DNA of 53,464 nucleotides from Prorocentrum cordatum (taxonomy: Eukaryota): positions 62,001-115,464 of the forward strand of contig CAUYUJ010000315.1 of NCBI GenBank assembly GCA_963575745.1, in the 5' to 3' direction. Below the pieces are notes generated by a model that saw only the letters and a list, made by a program, of their open reading frames with translations, did not search any database and was not told where the DNA came from. This document shows, one piece after another, positions 34,131 to 47,981 of the stretch; positions within the stretch are counted from its first letter, which is position 1, and every line of letters starts with the position of its first letter. The position numbers and the translations under genes are program-made.

Positions 34131-35275
34131 GCCCAACGGAGACGCTAATTGAGGTCTACACCATGGCCGGCTCCCGGTTCTGGATGTTGGATCTCGTTTT
34201 GCATGCTCGTCGCATTGACCATGGCGACGTTCCTCTTTGCATTCGTCCTCTTTCTCCTCATTTGCTACGTGCTCGTGCTGCTCATCTCCACGCCTGTGCC
34301 GATGCAGGCGCTGACACGCATGGTGGACTCGAGGCCGACGTGTCCTCGGCGACGCGGCTGCCCTCAGTGCCTCCTGCGCGTCCTGCGCCACGCCTGCGTG
34401 GTCGACGAGTACCCCGCCCCCCGCCGCTGCCGCCAGGACAGGCGAGGCTACCTGGCAGCGGGGGTCTTCCCAGCGGCGACGCACGCCCCGCCGAGCATGG
34501 GCTGGTGATGGCCCCCTTCCGCGGAGAGCTCCAGGGCGCTGCCTGGAATACCCAGGCCCTCTTCGCTCGGAAGCGGTCCCGCCACATGGCCAAGGACCAC
34601 TACGTACGACGGCTTTTCCGCGATCGGGACTTTGTGCTGCTGTCCGAGACCCATGGCCTGGAGCGCGAGGGATTGGCGTGGGGTTGCCCAGGAGACAGCC
34701 GGGCATGGTTCTCCCCGGGCACTTCGCGCAGAGCCGGAATCGGCATCGTGGTCAAGTCAAGTTTCCTCCAGCAGTTCGACTCGGAGCTGACGTCGTGGGA
34801 GGAGCTGGTCCCCGGGAGGGCTGGCGTACTTCATCTGGCAGGCCCGCGAAGCGCGTTGGATTTGTACTCCGTGTACTTCACTGCCGGGTCGCACGCCTCA
34901 GGCGTCGTGCAGCCCCGCGGCACCACCGCCCAGGACGTCTCCGAAGCGCAGGCTCGCCAGCAGCGGGAGGCCATGCGACGTCGCCCGGCGGCGGCCATGT
35001 CCCCATCGGGTTCGGTGCTGCCGATCGTCGCGGAGGACTTCAATTGGGTGGCTGACGCGCGGGACCGTTACGCCAAGACGACCGCCGAGTACACTGGACA
35101 CAGGGATGCTGGCCACGAGCGGCACTTCCATTCGGTCTTGTCTCAGCCCTATGGGTTGTTCGAGCTCCGGCAGCCGGCGATGACGCAGGAGAACGCCAGC
35201 TCCAGGTCCAGACTCGACCGCATCTATTGGAATCAGCCCTTGGCTGAGCAGCTGGATCGTCGCATCTGCTGCGCT
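34127..35275 (+). pseudogene. LINE ORF2 N-terminus: apurinic-type endonuclease, truncated before the SDH motif
   Basis: AAWNTQAL; VLLSETH; AGIGIVV; VPGR; YSVY; AEDFN; SRLDRIY. Confidence 0.88.
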
Positions 35276-36120
35276 TCCAAGATAGCTCAAGATAGCCCAA
35301 GATGCCTCCAGATGGCTCCCAAGATGCTCCAAGAGGCTCCAAGAACGCTCCAAGACGGCTCCAGGTGGCCATGGAGCCTCTCCAGGATGCCGCCAAGAGG
35401 CCATGAACCTGGCGCGAACCCAATTCGGGAAAAGTTTCCTACTGCATGGGCGCAGTACTTGGCATTGCTTGGCATTCTTCGCATTGATTGGCATTGCGGG
35501 CAAGGCAAAATTAAGAGGCACCAACCTTTAAGCAAGTAAGAGCTCCTTCGGCAAGACAAATTGGGGAAATAGGAAGCACCAGGGGCGGGGAACCCGAGGA
35601 ACCCGAGGAACCTCCGAGCAATGGGCAAAATAACAATAGGAGGCACCAACCTTTAACCATAGAGCCAAGTAAGAACCCCTTAGGCAAGCCTGTCTTTAAC
35701 CAGAACAACCTTCCAAAACCTAAGGGAAATCAATGTGTTTTGCTGTCTCGCCTTGTCGCTTCCGATGGCCTTCCGAGGCCTCAGGATGTCTCCAAGATGG
35801 CCCAAGAGGGCTCCAAGAGGGACCCAACCTCCAAGACGGCCCCCAAAGCGCCCAAGAGCGCTCCAAGGGCGCCCCAAGAGTCGATCTTAGGCACTCTCGA
35901 GGAACAGTGCTAATTGAGACCCGCCCCTTCTTTAGTCGATGTCTTCCAAGATGGCTCCAAGAGCGCCCCTAAAGCTCCCAAGAACGTCCAACGAGGGCCT
36001 CAAGAGGGCCCAGACGGCCCCAAGATGCGCCCAAGGGGCATCCAAGAGGCTCCCAAGAGATCCCCAAGAGGCCTTAAGAGGACCCCCGAGGCACCCGAGA
36101 CGCTCAAAGACTGCCTTCGG
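35276..36120. repeat. CCAAGA-type satellite fragments and GTAAGAACCCC-type repeat ends
   Basis: CCAAGATGGC/CCAAGAGG units; GTAAGAACCCCT at ~35669, also at ~2910. Confidence 0.7.
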
Positions 36121-36138
36121 CATCGGAGCATATGTCAA

Positions 36139-37668
36139 ATCCGCCGACCCCTTGGGGATCATCGGCGTGTGAGATGCTTCCCCCTCCCCAAACCCCTCCC
36201 CCGGGAGCCCGGTCCGGTCGATTTGGAGGGGGGGGGGGGGTCCGGCGCGAGCGGGGGGGGTCCGGGACGAGCGACTCACGGGGCTTTTCCGGGCCCAAGA
36301 GGGCCTCAAGACGGGCCAAGAAGCCCCCAAGAGGCCTCCAAGACGGCCCACGAAGGCTCCGAGACGCCAAACGACCGGTCCAAGACGCCCACGATGGCCC
36401 CAAGACGGGCCAAGAGGTCTCCAAGACGGCCTCCGAGGTCCCAAACAAGCCTCCCAAGAGGGCCCAAAGAGTCTAAAATTGTTGATTTTCCCGAGTGTTT
36501 TTCTACGTTTCTTGCTTTCCCGCCTTTCCGGCTTCCCGACGCTCCAAGACGGCCAAAGAGGCCCCAAAGATAGCCCCAAGATGGCCCAAGAGGCCCCCAA
36601 GACGGCCTCCAGACGGCCCAAGACGGCCCCAAGACGGCCCAAGAGGTCCCCAAGACGGCCCAAGAGGGCCGATTTGGAGGGGGGGAGGGGGCCGGGACGA
36701 GCGCAGCACGGCCGGGACGAGCGGTTCCAGGGCTTTTCCGGGCCCAAGAGGGCCTCAAGACGGGCCAAGAAGCCCCCAAGAGGCCTCCAAGACGGCCCAC
36801 GAAGGCTCCGAGACGCCAAACGACCGGGCCAAGACGCCCACGATGGCCCCAAGACGGGCCCCAAGGAGGACGAGTGACGCTCGCAGCGTCACTCGTCCTC
36901 CTCCTCCTCCTCCTCCTCCTCATCCTCCTCCCACTCCTCCGAATACCCCAGCCTGCCCAATAACGGATCAGCCCCAGTTTCGAAATCCACAACTTACGTC
37001 CAGCATCCGCCGACCCCGCAGAAATCGAGGTGCCGTGGCGCTTCCATCTAGTGAACATGCCTCCAATTTGGCACACCCCGCACGCGGCAACTTGAATGAA
37101 AGGCCCCAAAACCCGAGTATACGCGCGGTTCCCCGCGAACATTGGGCACGTCCCTCATAGATTTCGTGGCTCCACGGCGCGCTCCAACCATAGCCCCAGT
37201 ACCCGCGGTCCCGTAAACTTCCAACCCCAAGCGCACACACACGTCGATCGTGTCGTGGCTCCAGAATACGTCCACCGTGGGGCCCAGTGGGAAGATTCGC
37301 ATGCAAGTATACCCCATGCCGGCACACCCTTTGCACGCGCCGTGGCCTCGCACATGGCCAAGTTGACCCATAATGACTCCTGGACAGTCCCCCAAAAAAA
37401 CTCCCGACCGCTACCGAAACGGCTCGAAGACATTCCCGAGCCCAACCTGGCTCCATTATGCCTCTCAGATGGCCCCAGATGAGACCACGACCGCCCGCGG
37501 TGTCGCCGTCCGCTCGGACACCCCCGCGGAACTGCCCGAGCCCCTCTGGCAGTGGCGGCGAACAGACACCAAACAAATATCACTCGCCTTTTCACCCCTT
37601 CGCAGCTTCTACTGCCCCCCGATTGGCATAAACAAGGGGTCGGCGGTGTGGCGTAAGCCTAAGAATCA
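36139..37668 (+). mobile_element. Second Helitron2/Helentron-like element (possibly nested with another 5' end at ~37004)
   Basis: ATCCGCCGACCCCTTG ... CAAGGGGTCGGCGG-TGT-GGCGTAAGCC-TAAGAATCATT; first ~300 bp align with 17623-17870. Confidence 0.55.
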
Positions 37669-38379
37669 TTCAACATCTGTTCCCGCCGCTTCTGCGGCCC
37701 GCGCACGCTTCCTAGGCCGCCCTACTACTGCGTGCTGCTACACTTCCCTCACTCGGGAAACTCGCCTGAGAATCGTTTCTGGATGGGCTGCTGCGGATAC
37801 TTGTTGGTTAGCAGCCGCAGGCGAGAGCGCCAGCGGCGAGTAAGGTCCAAGCGGACCGCGCGGGGGCCTAAAACCCTGCTGCAGATACGCGGAGCGTCAA
37901 GAATTATTACCAATTCTCATCATGTTCCTCCACCTCCTTCTCACCACCTCCAAATCCTCCTGACAATCATCCGTCATCCTCATCATCATGCTCCTGATCA
38001 TCCTCCTTACCGGTCCTCCTCTCTCATCCTCCTCGTACCTACTCCTTCCGTCTTCCTCCTCGTCCCCCGCCGCCGCCTCCTCCTTCTTCTTCTCGATCCC
38101 TGCTGCTGCTCCTCCGCCTCCTCCTCCTCCGCCTCCTCCTCATTCCTCCTCCTCCTCCTCATTCCTCCTCCTCCTCCTCCTCCTCCTCCTCCTCCTCCGC
38201 CTCCTCCTCCTCCTCCTCCTCCTCCTCGCGCCCCCTTCTCCTCCAAACCAAATTCATCACGAAGCACCCACTAATTACTACAGCGACGACGGCAGCAAGG
38301 GCTGCGACTACTGCAAAGTCCGGGCCGTGACGACCGGCGAGTTGGCTTCCGACACCACGCGGACCGCTCAACCGCGAGC

Positions 38380-38552
38380 TAAAACAGGGCTAGGATCGGG
38401 ATAAATCGCTCCAGAGCGTTCCGGAGCGCTCTCAGAGCGTTCCGGAACGCTCTGGAGCGGCCACGGCGCCCAATACATCCTCCAAACCCGCCGATTCTCA
38501 GAGATTTCGAGTTATCCCGATCCGATTTTGTCCCGATCTTCGCGTCGTTTTA
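38380..38552 (-). mobile_element. MITE family B, inverted copy
   Basis: Reverse complement of 13828-14001. Confidence 0.85.
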
Positions 38553-39331
38553 CGAGCGATCGCGGCCTTCCGCTCGCGCAGGACCGTTCGACGAGATCTG
38601 CCGCCTCCAGGCCCCGGGCGGCGTGCCCGCGGCAGGGCCCCCGCCGCGCCCGCGCAGCGCGGGCCCTGCCGCACTGCTGCTGCGGGCCCGGACCTCTCGG
38701 CCCGAGCCGGCCCTTCCTCCGAGCCCCTTCCTGGCGCCCCGACTCCAGATCCGCCCTACTTTGGCTTCTTTCCTCCTCCTCCTCCTCCTCCTCCTCCTCC
38801 TCCTCCTCCTCCTCCTCCTGCTGCTGCGTGTGCGGGGCGGCTGCTGGGCAGAGCGGGCCGACAGAGCCCTGACTCCAGATCCGCCCTACTTTGGCTTTTT
38901 TCCCCCAACTTAAAACTGTGTCGGAAGTCCACCTAGAGGAGGCCGAACACGTAGGGCGGACAGTTCTGCACCCAGCAGAAAGTAGGGCGGAGATCCACAG
39001 AAGCAGGGCGGAGAAACAGCAGCAGAAAAGCAGGGCGGAAATCGGCATCAGCGGGGCTCGAAAAGTGAGGCGGAAATTCCAAGCCCTACCTATACGAACT
39101 TCCCCAAAGTGGGGCGGATCCGGAGTCAGGGCGGCCCCGAGGCCCGAAACCGGCCCCCAGGGGGGCCCAGAAACGGGGCCATAGACCAGCCGCCTCGAGA
39201 ATGCCCGAGGCGCCGCGTGCCCGAGGCGGCTGCCGCGCCTGCCGAGAGAGAGGGGGGCAGGGTCCGTCCTCGCTCGGCCCCGCAGGCGCACGTGTGGCGC
39301 GCCTTGTCTCTGCATGCTCACGCCAAGCGTA

Positions 39332-39508
39332 AGTCGGGCCTGTCCCCCTACAGGGGGATTTTCGACGAAAAATTATATATAAAAGAATAGTCCAAAAATA
39401 GTCTGGGGACTATTTTGGGGGTATTATTCTCTGACCTTTTTGGGGTACTTTTGGGGGATTTTTCATTTCTCGTCGAAAATATCCCCCTGTAGGGGGACAC
39501 GCCCGACA
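39332..39508. mobile_element. MITE family A, short form, TA-flanked
   Basis: TA|AGTCGGGCCTGTCCCCCTACAGGGGGAT ... ATCCCCCTGTAGGGGGACACGCCCGACA|TA. Confidence 0.85.
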
Positions 39509-40614
39509 TAAGGCTATGCACAGGGAGGCCGCGAGGGCGCCAGCCTTCGCGGGCAGGGGCGCGCGCCCGCCTGGCTCGTCTCGGGTCTCTCTCCGGCAGC
39601 CGCGCGGGGCGAGCCGGGCACCTCTCTTGTAGGCCCTCGGCGAGGCTCGGCTGTCGGAGCGGCTCCCGGAGCCGACGAAGTGAGGAGGAGAAGACGCTGC
39701 GAGAAACCTCGAAACGTAATGCTTACCCTCCTAACTCGAAACGTAATGCTTACCCTCCTAACCCTCCTCCTATAACTCCTTACCCACCCAATGTAAGAAC
39801 TTTCGGGGGTCCGCGCGGAACCTCGAAACGTAATGTCTACTCAGACTGTCTCTCCTCCTTAGTCTCGCTCGAGAAAAGGCACGAGGACCGTGCTCGGGCG
39901 TGCGTTGGCCCTGCTGAGCGCAAACCCGGCTCAGTCGATTTTCGGAAAGCTGCTCTGCAGCTTGTTGCGTGGCTCCCCAAAGCCAACTCAGCCAATACGT
40001 GTAAGGCCACCTCTGGGGTCTCGAGCGGCTCCCAAACCCAGCGCAGCCAAGCTCTAGCCTTGCATCATCCTGCAGGGTCCAGCGCTCTGGCTGAGCCCTG
40101 TTTGCGCTGAGCTCCGTCACGCGAGCCCCAGCGTGCAGCCGAAAACGTGCAGCCTCCAGACCCGTCCCGGGGTGTGTTCGGACCAGGATCTCGAGAAGCA
40201 GCCAGCCACGGCGATGCGAACCCCTCCCAGAAGGCCCACTGAGTGCCAAAACCGTCCGGAACCCTCGCGTCTCGAAGGTCGAACTCGAACCCGCCGCCGA
40301 AAACGTTGCGAGGCGGGGATTTCTCCGTGTCCACCACCTGGGGAACCGGCCCCAGCAAGCGGTGGATATACATATGTTTTGGAACCAGGAGGGCCGAACC
40401 CACATATATGTGTATGGTTATATATATATATATATATATATACATACATACAGGGCCGGGGACCCCACAAAAGCGGCACACGGTGCCCCCCCCCCCCAAA
40501 CGAATTTCGGCCTCCCCGAACCTCTGGGGCGCTCCTGCAGGGTGTTTCCGTGGATCTCCGGTCCTCCTGGACCCCCCAGGCAGGTCTGTCCTGCGAGTCC
40601 GACGCGAAAACAGA

Positions 40615-41185
40615 AGCCCCCACGACGGCCAAAGAGGGCCCCGAGACACCCAAAGATCGGCCCAAGACGCCCAATATGGGCCCAAGACTGCCCAACAGGC
40701 CTCCAAGACGCCCCAAGAGACCTCCAAGAGGCCTCCCAAGAGAGCCCCGAGAGGCTGAAATGGTTGATTTTTGTAAGTGTTTTTCTATGTTTTTAGCCTT
40801 CTCGCTTTTTCCGCTTCCCCACGCTCCAACACGGCCCAAGAGGCTCCCTAGATCGCCCCAGTACTGCCCAAGAGGCCCCCAATAAGGCCCCAACACGGTC
40901 CAGGAGGGCTCCGAGACCGCCCAAGAGGCGCCCAAGGCGGCCCAAGAGAGCACCAAGACGGCCCCAAGAGAGGCCCAAGAGGGCGCACAAAAATTCAAAA
41001 CTGAGTTTTCCGCCGCGAGAGGGCCCCGAGAGGCCCCAAGAGGGCCCCATGAGGCCCCAAGAAGCTCCCCAGAGGCCCCAAGGAGCCCCCAAGAGGTCCC
41101 CAAGAGGCCCCAAAAAGATCCCAAGAGGCCCACAAACAGCCCCCAAGAGGCTTCAAAACTGCCTCCAAGAGGCCCCCGAGAGGCG
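40615..41185. repeat. CCAAGA(C/G)GGC satellite
   Basis: Same units as 17770-19050 and 36290-36870. Confidence 0.85.
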
Positions 41186-42254
41186 TACCACGAGTTCCCA
41201 ACACGGCGGTCTCCTCCTCTCATTATCCCTTCTCTTTGTCGTCGCCTTCTTCGTCGTCGTCGTCGTTGTCCTCGTCCCCATCCTCTTCCTCGTCTTCATC
41301 CTCCTCCTTCTCCTCCTCCTCGTCCTCCTCCTCCTCCTCCTCCTCCTCCTCCTCCTCCTCCTCCTCCTTCTCCTCATCCTCTCACGCTCTTCCGGTTCAG
41401 CTCAATCGGCACAGGACTGAGGAGGAGAAACAGGAGGAGAAGCAGGAGGAAGGGTGGGAAAGAAACGGGCACAGGAGAATACGAGGAAAAATAGAACGAG
41501 GAACACTTTCGCGTGCGACTTCACGCAAGTCTAAGTTCAGGGGTGCCCTGAGCAGAGGTGTTCAGACCACTCCTCGCTTGAAACTTCCTCGCCCGGCTGA
41601 CTTCGGATATGCCCTCCCCTGAGCGGAGGTGTTCAGGCCATTTTCACCCGGGACGTCCTGGCAACACTGACCTCGGCGACGCACTGTCCCACGGTAGTCT
41701 GACCACGTTTGCCTGATACCCTCGCGCCTTATAGTGGCGCGATGATATGAGCACCAGGTCAGGCCACTACCGCCTGATATACGAATGTGTATGCGCACAC
41801 ATAGTTACACTGACCATTTGCATATACATGTACATATCCATACAAACGTATACATATATGTACATATGTACTATGCATTCATAGACGCATGTGTGCGCAT
41901 GTACGCACGCTCGCACTCCGTTAGCGTGCGAATGCCAAAGGACCAAGGTGCATGGCGCGCAGCGCCAATGCAGTCTTGTATATATATATATATCCATATC
42001 CATATCCATATCCATATCCATACCCAGATCTATATCCATATCCACCGCTAGCCGAAGTCCCGCCGTCGTCGTCGTCGTCGTCGTCGTTTTCGTCGTCCGC
42101 CGGCAGCCACCGAGAGGGTTCGTCGCTGCGGCGCCCCCGCGCGTGCCGCGCGCCGCGGGCCTCCGGGGAGCCCAGCGCCGACAGGCTCGCCCAGGCCCGG
42201 CCCTGGCCCGGCGCGGGTGCGGCCTCGCCGCAGCAGCAAAGAGCAGCGGCTGAG

Positions 42255-42454
42255 AAGGAGGAGGGGGAGGAACGGGAGGAGGAGGAAGAGGAGGAGGAGG
42301 AGGAGGAGGAAGAGGAGGAGGAGGAGGAGGAGCAGGAGGAGGAGGAGGAGGAGGAGGACGAGGAGGAGGAGGAGGAGGAGGAGAGGGACGGGAGGAGGAG
42401 GAGGAGGAGGAGGGAGGAGGAGGAGGAGGAAGGAGGACGGATGAGGGGGAGGAG

Positions 42455-42499
<45 letters not shown>

Positions 42500-42680
42500 C
42501 GATGATGATGCTGATGATGAAGAGGAGGAAGAGGAGGAGGAGGAGGAGGAAGAGGAGGAGGAGGAGGAGGAGGAGGAGGGAGGAGGAGAAGGGAGGAGCG
42601 AGGAGGTGGGAGAGACAGGAGGAGGCAGAGACGAGGGAGGAGCGAGGAGGCAGGAGGGAAAAGGGAGGAGGGAAAGGGGG
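42255..42680. repeat. (GAG)n and (GAT)n microsatellite
   Basis: Seen directly. Confidence 0.95.
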
Positions 42681-42762
42681 AGGTGCCAGAAAACCATTCC
42701 TGGGACTTCACCCATACGCACCCTTCAAGCATTCGCAAACTTTTCAAGCGCAGAGGCGAATG

Positions 42763-42858
42763 TGTGATTATGATGCGTTTTAGCACAAAAAGGGGCCCCT
42801 AGAGGTCTAACGGCAGCGAGTGGTGCATATACGCACGTGACACATTCATTATCTGACA
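42763..42858 (-). repeat. 3' LTR (96 bp)
   Basis: TGTGATTATGATGCGTTTTAGC...TATCTGACA; matches 51893-51993. Confidence 0.85.
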
Positions 42859-43129
42859 CCCGTGAAACTTTATCACGAGCTAGCCGGCAGACCGCGCAGT
42901 ACCGCTGGTCTCAGCAAGCCAAGAGGGGCAATAAAAGGAGTACTCCCATATGGGGATTACTCAAATCAAAGGCAGCCAGGGCTCAGTCACTCACTTCCCC
43001 GATAAGATAAAATTCATCCTGGCCCTCGCCAGTTGTTTCTTGACCTTCTTTAAGGTAGATTCAGGGTCTGGGGTTACGTCATGCGAACTTGTACGCAAGA
43101 TCTTCACACATGAATATGTAGGCATATTC

Positions 43130-44290
43130 TTTGTCAGACAACCAACAGCCATACTACTTGTACCGATCCACCGGATCTTATCACAAAATATGCGTGGATG
43201 AAAAATCTCTACTTCTTCCGCTCCACTAGCCCAAATACCTCCAACTACTCAAATCGATACTCAAGCGCTTATCTTTAGTCTTACCCATAGTTGGGGTAAT
43301 GAGATGTTCCTCAAGGTTTCTGCAATCCGTCATCCATACGTGTCTCATAGACATTGCTGATGTGTCTTCCCAGTTGGTTCGCAGCTTCTTTCTTGCGTCA
43401 AGCATCCCACGCGCATCTGCGATGGCGGCACGAATGCGTGCACCAGATTCTACATCCCATAAACAAGCCAGGGTCTCTGCTTGTAGTGTAGATTTACATA
43501 CTCGACTGATAACTTTACTCGATATACATATAGGGTGAACATGATCACTGCTCCTTTCGATGAATCCAGATCCTGCGAGTCCATTGAGCCTAGCCCTCTG
43601 CGACCTGAGAGGCTCGATTCTACCCTTGACAATGTCCTCTTCTCCTGCCCAGCTGGCGTTAGTAACAGTAAGAACTTTCATATATTGATTACACTTAACA
43701 GCTCCACCTTGAATACTGACCCGCAGTCAGCGGACTGAGTTGCTTCTTCTAATGCACGGTTAGTTTCCTTGGGATGGAGTACCTTAGCGTGGCGCACTGC
43801 AGTCGGCAGTCTGCAGTCTGATCACGCGATACAATAGCTCAGGTTTACACTGACGTGTAAGCCATGACAAAGCACCTGCGACCGATCTAAGCTGCGCTGT
43901 CTCGCCCTCGAAGCAGGCATGATACGATCCTCCTTCAGACCATAAGCTTCAAACCTTCTGCGAATTTCTGCCACGAGCCTCGTCCTGCGTCGCGCGTGCC
44001 ATAGACAGGCATACGCGCGATAAGTGCTCCACCATCCGGTATTCCTTCGAGTCCGTTGGTCGGTGGCCTGAGCAGCATGAGGCAGTCGAGTTCCTGCCCC
44101 TGGAAGTGCGCAGATGCAATGTCGGCACACTTGAGCGTCTTCTTCGTGCCGGCAGCCCATGAGACTATCAACCTTAGCCCTTCGAGTTCGCACGTTGGCG
44201 AATCCGCGCGGACACCCAGCGACCCTTCCAGATCTCCACGCACGACGAATCTACTTTTGTACTGCGGTGCATCCGGAGGTCCATCTGCTC
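43130..44290 (-). pseudogene. pol: Copia RT (internal deletion removes the catalytic motif) and RNase H
   Basis: KSRFVVRG; ADSPT; ADIASAHFQG; VYGTRDAGR; LRSVAGALSWL; TNASW; RVCKSTLQAE; TDCRNL; DKRLSID. Confidence 0.85.
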
Positions 44291-45319
44291 TACGGAGATC
44301 TTTAGCTTCTTCTTAGCTTGCGGCTTGTGAACGGTGCGCTCATTGTAGAATCCGACAAGCAGCTCATGTGGCTTAACAGCGAGTGAAGCTTCTCTACGAG
44401 CTAGAAGATCCATGCCAAGCCCTGATGTTCCGGCCCTGCGCATGGCCTCCAGCAGTGGGTTCGCAGGTTCGGGAGCTGGCTCCAAAGCAGAATCGGAAAC
44501 CCTCCCGGAACTACCATCGGCATCCTCGACTCTTCTGCGCATCACTTCGTTGCGACTCTGTATGCCGTGCGGGGCGTCGTCTAGTAACGACCTCTTAGGG
44601 GGGCGTTCGAGTCACCTGTGACGACCTCGACGCGGGCGGCGCAGTGGCGACCATTCCATCTGAGAGTTCATCTTCTTCCATTTGGCGAAATGCTTTCTCT
44701 ATGAACTCGGGGTCTTCTGGGATCCCCGGCAGCTCTTCCGTCGCCATGGGATGTTCTTGCGCAGAATGCTATTGCGCCCGTGGTTCTGGCAGCTCACGTC
44801 GCTCGTCCACGAATGACTGCTGTTGCCCGTCTGGAGGTGCACGCCTCTCGACACCGCCGCCATGGTGCTGAAAGAGATGTTGGTAAGCCAACGCTTCCGC
44901 CGCAGTACACGGTCGCAGCCTGTCGACAGCCACGCAGACAGGTATCAAATTCCCTCTGTGATAACCCATGCGCTCTTGCCATCGAATCCGACGATACGTG
45001 AACCAATGCTCTACAAAGCGGTAACCTCGCCGTCGGTCGGCCTCTTGCGACAGCATACTACATCGCCTACATGATATTATCCAGCTGGCGGTGTTGCCTT
45101 TCGGAATGCGGCCCTTGCCGTCCCACTCCCGACGTCGCGTGCTGCGAATGCTTTTCTGGCAGACGCCCGGGTCGCAGCCTGGCGAGAAAACTCGTCGGCC
45201 CCGTCCTCTGCAACATTCGCTTTCAGTCCTAAGTCGAAAGCTTGCTCGTCGTCGAATTGACTCCCTGGGGCGCGAGGCATCTTCCCGAGTGCCCACTGAG
45301 CAGGCGCAAATCCGCCGAC

Positions 45320-45970
45320 TCATGACATCTTATTCTTCGTGTTGTCGACTTCTGATGCAGTGGGGATGACTTCATCGAATCTGGAAACATTCTTGTCGTA
45401 CACCACCTTCTTGAACATATTCTTCCAAAGTCCACCGTGTCTCTCGGTGCGGCCTATCTGATCTGGAGACCCGACTCCGGCGCCGCGGAGGTCGATCCCT
45501 TGACTCCTAACCCATTGCAGAAACACTTCTCCGTTGTGCAGTCCACGGTCCAACATCATTCTTGTGGGCTTGGCTGTCCATGCACACCAGCGCTGCTGAA
45601 GTGCAGCGAGACATGCTCTCGAAGTTGGCGCATCGCCTCCCCACTTGACAAAGATCACACGCTGAAATGTTGTACCCTGGCACACTGTGTTCAAGAAGGT
45701 GTAACGTTCTCCACTGTTGCCCTTCACTTTTAGACAGTCGATGCCGACTTCATGGTTGAAGCAGAACTTCTTGGGCAAGGCAACCTTGTGTGTCTGGGCT
45801 AGCGGTATGTGATGTTCGCGAGATTGACATCGATAAGTCGTGGCGGCTTCAATGTAGTCCGATGACATCCCGGAGATTCTCAATGGCTGCACGAGAACAC
45901 GAATAGGCACATCACCAAACTGTCTGTGCAGCCGTCTAATGGCGATCCTTGTGCGGAGAGGGATCTGCAA
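45320..45970 (-). pseudogene. pol: Copia integrase (decayed HHCC + DDE core)
   Basis: RRLHRQFGD; FNHEVGID; LNTVCQGTTFQ; MLDRG; QIGRTERHGG. Confidence 0.85.
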
Positions 45971-47981
45971 CCACGCTTTCCTTATCTTTCCTTCGTGCTT
46001 CGGCTCGCCAGGTAGGCTGATTTGTTCCAATATATATTTGTCCTCATCTCGCAAGCGTTCCTTGGAGACTGCAGCGACGTCGTCATCCCTGATGGCCGCG
46101 CCCACATCGCCTCGAACTCTCTCCTCTGCGGCTTCAGCGGGGAAAGCTGCAAGTGCAAGTATATCCAGTCTAACTTTCTGACCTAACTCTCTGAGGAACT
46201 CAGGGAATTTCTGACTCGCGATGTCCGAGTCCGACTCGAGGTACGAGTTCAGCGCGCTTGTGACCTCGAGGCCTGAGCAACTGGGCTCGTAACAAAGCGC
46301 AACAGTTAGAGGACCACTATCGTGAGCCATACCACAGGAAAAATTACTGGTCACATGATGATTTGATGATGATGTGTAGGCGACAACGAGATCAGGATTG
46401 CGCTCGACGGTGTCATTTGCCACCGAAGGCCCCCGTTCTGGGCGCGCCACAGCGTCGCTCGAGGCTGGGCAGGCGAACGCGACGCCGACGACGTAGAGCA
46501 GCACCCCGGCCAGGTTGGCCCCCACTCGTCCGCGAAGCGGATCGGTGTTCCTGATCACCTTCTCGACGATATCCTTGTCGGTAGCAGACGTGCCTGGCGC
46601 GGACAGCTCGGCAACGCACGCAGATAACAACTCATCTTACATACTGATGGTACACAGTCCAGAGCAGTAGTTGGCACGACGTTTAGCATTCATAGTAGTC
46701 GTCTCATGCGGACCCAGCTGCAGCGTCGTGCACAAATACGATGTTCCGTCAATGCGGGTCCTCGGAGGTTGCGCAAATACTGCTACTCGATCGGGCTCCT
46801 CAGCATCCACAGAAGAACTCATGGCAACGCGATCTTCGATGCGCTTCCAGGACTGGGCGTCCCTGGAGCGACCCGTAGAACTCTTCTTCCAAGAAGACCA
46901 TGCCGGCGGGAACTTCATCTGAGTGTTGACCGGGTCAATTCTGCAGCTCACACGCACCAATTTCCCAGCGCCCTGCTCTCCCGCGCGGCCCTTCGACCCC
47001 TCTGATGGGAACGATCGAGAATCGACGTGCGTGATGAAGTTCCTCTTCTTGTCGTGCTCGAAAAGCGAATCCAGCTGAGCTGCGCCAACTGCAAGCGGCT
47101 CGGAGTCCACGACTGGATCTCCAGCCCGCTCACCGCCCACCGTGGCCAGGTCCCTCTCGACAGGAGAAGTCGGGGATCCTGAACGAGACGCACGGAGTCT
47201 TGCTCGATTCGTCGTCGCTGATGGCGGCAACAGTACTCGCCGGAGGCGGTGGTGGTGGCGGCAGCGGCTCTACCCTGCGCGGCGGCTCCGGCGGCGGAGG
47301 CTGCAGAGGAGCTCTGTGAACGCGTGCAGGCGGCGGTCCGTCCGGCTGCCTCGGCGCGAGGACAGCGGGCTTGTGTTTTTGTGGCGGCATCATAGGAGGC
47401 ATCCCAAGAGGGCGGATGATCGCGCCCGGAGGTGCAGGTTCGCCCGGTGACAGACCCGTCAACTTGCTGGCGCTGCCCATGCGAGCCTTCTCCTTCGACG
47501 CGACGTCGCCATCGCCCCGCGAATCGCGCGCCTGATGTGAAGGGGGCGACGCAGTGGCAGAAGACGATGCGGCGACGGGCGGTGGCGAAGCAGCAGCAGC
47601 AATAGAAATACTACCACCAACAGATTTGGGCAATGCACCGATTCCTGCACACGCACGAGCATAACTTACAAATCGCATACAATCTGCAGGCGGCCTCTTG
47701 TCCTCGTGACAGATCCTCAAATAGAATTGCAGATCGCGCCCAGCATATCGCCTCATCGCGGTCTTGAAATCAGCCTCAGCATAGTCAGCGCCGAGACGTT
47801 CACGTCAGATCGTTCTGACGTGTTCACGGATGACAGTGGCCACGCCATTGTCATCGACTCCGTCACGCACACTCGATGAAGCGCGAGATCTCTTCTCCTC
47901 CCTCCTGGCCAGCTCAGCCTCGTCACGGGGTCTGCGCTCGGCAGGCGGCTCAGGAACTGGAGGCGGCGGTGCACTGAACTT

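Larger units (their letters stand above)
30187..35275 (-). mobile_element. Non-LTR retrotransposon (APE+RT LINE, L1/Tx1-like), degenerate, with an inverted 5' segment; possible (GTC)n tail at 30187-30305
   Basis: RT on the minus strand; ORF1 end and APE on the plus strand; the two pieces are contiguous in element coordinates. Confidence 0.82.

Noticed and set aside
34126..34140. Dinoflagellate spliced-leader relic (minus strand ...GGCTCAAG); also GGCTCAAG at ~19753
   Set aside because: Only 8 nt match; these lie within a LINE ORF junction and a CCAAG satellite
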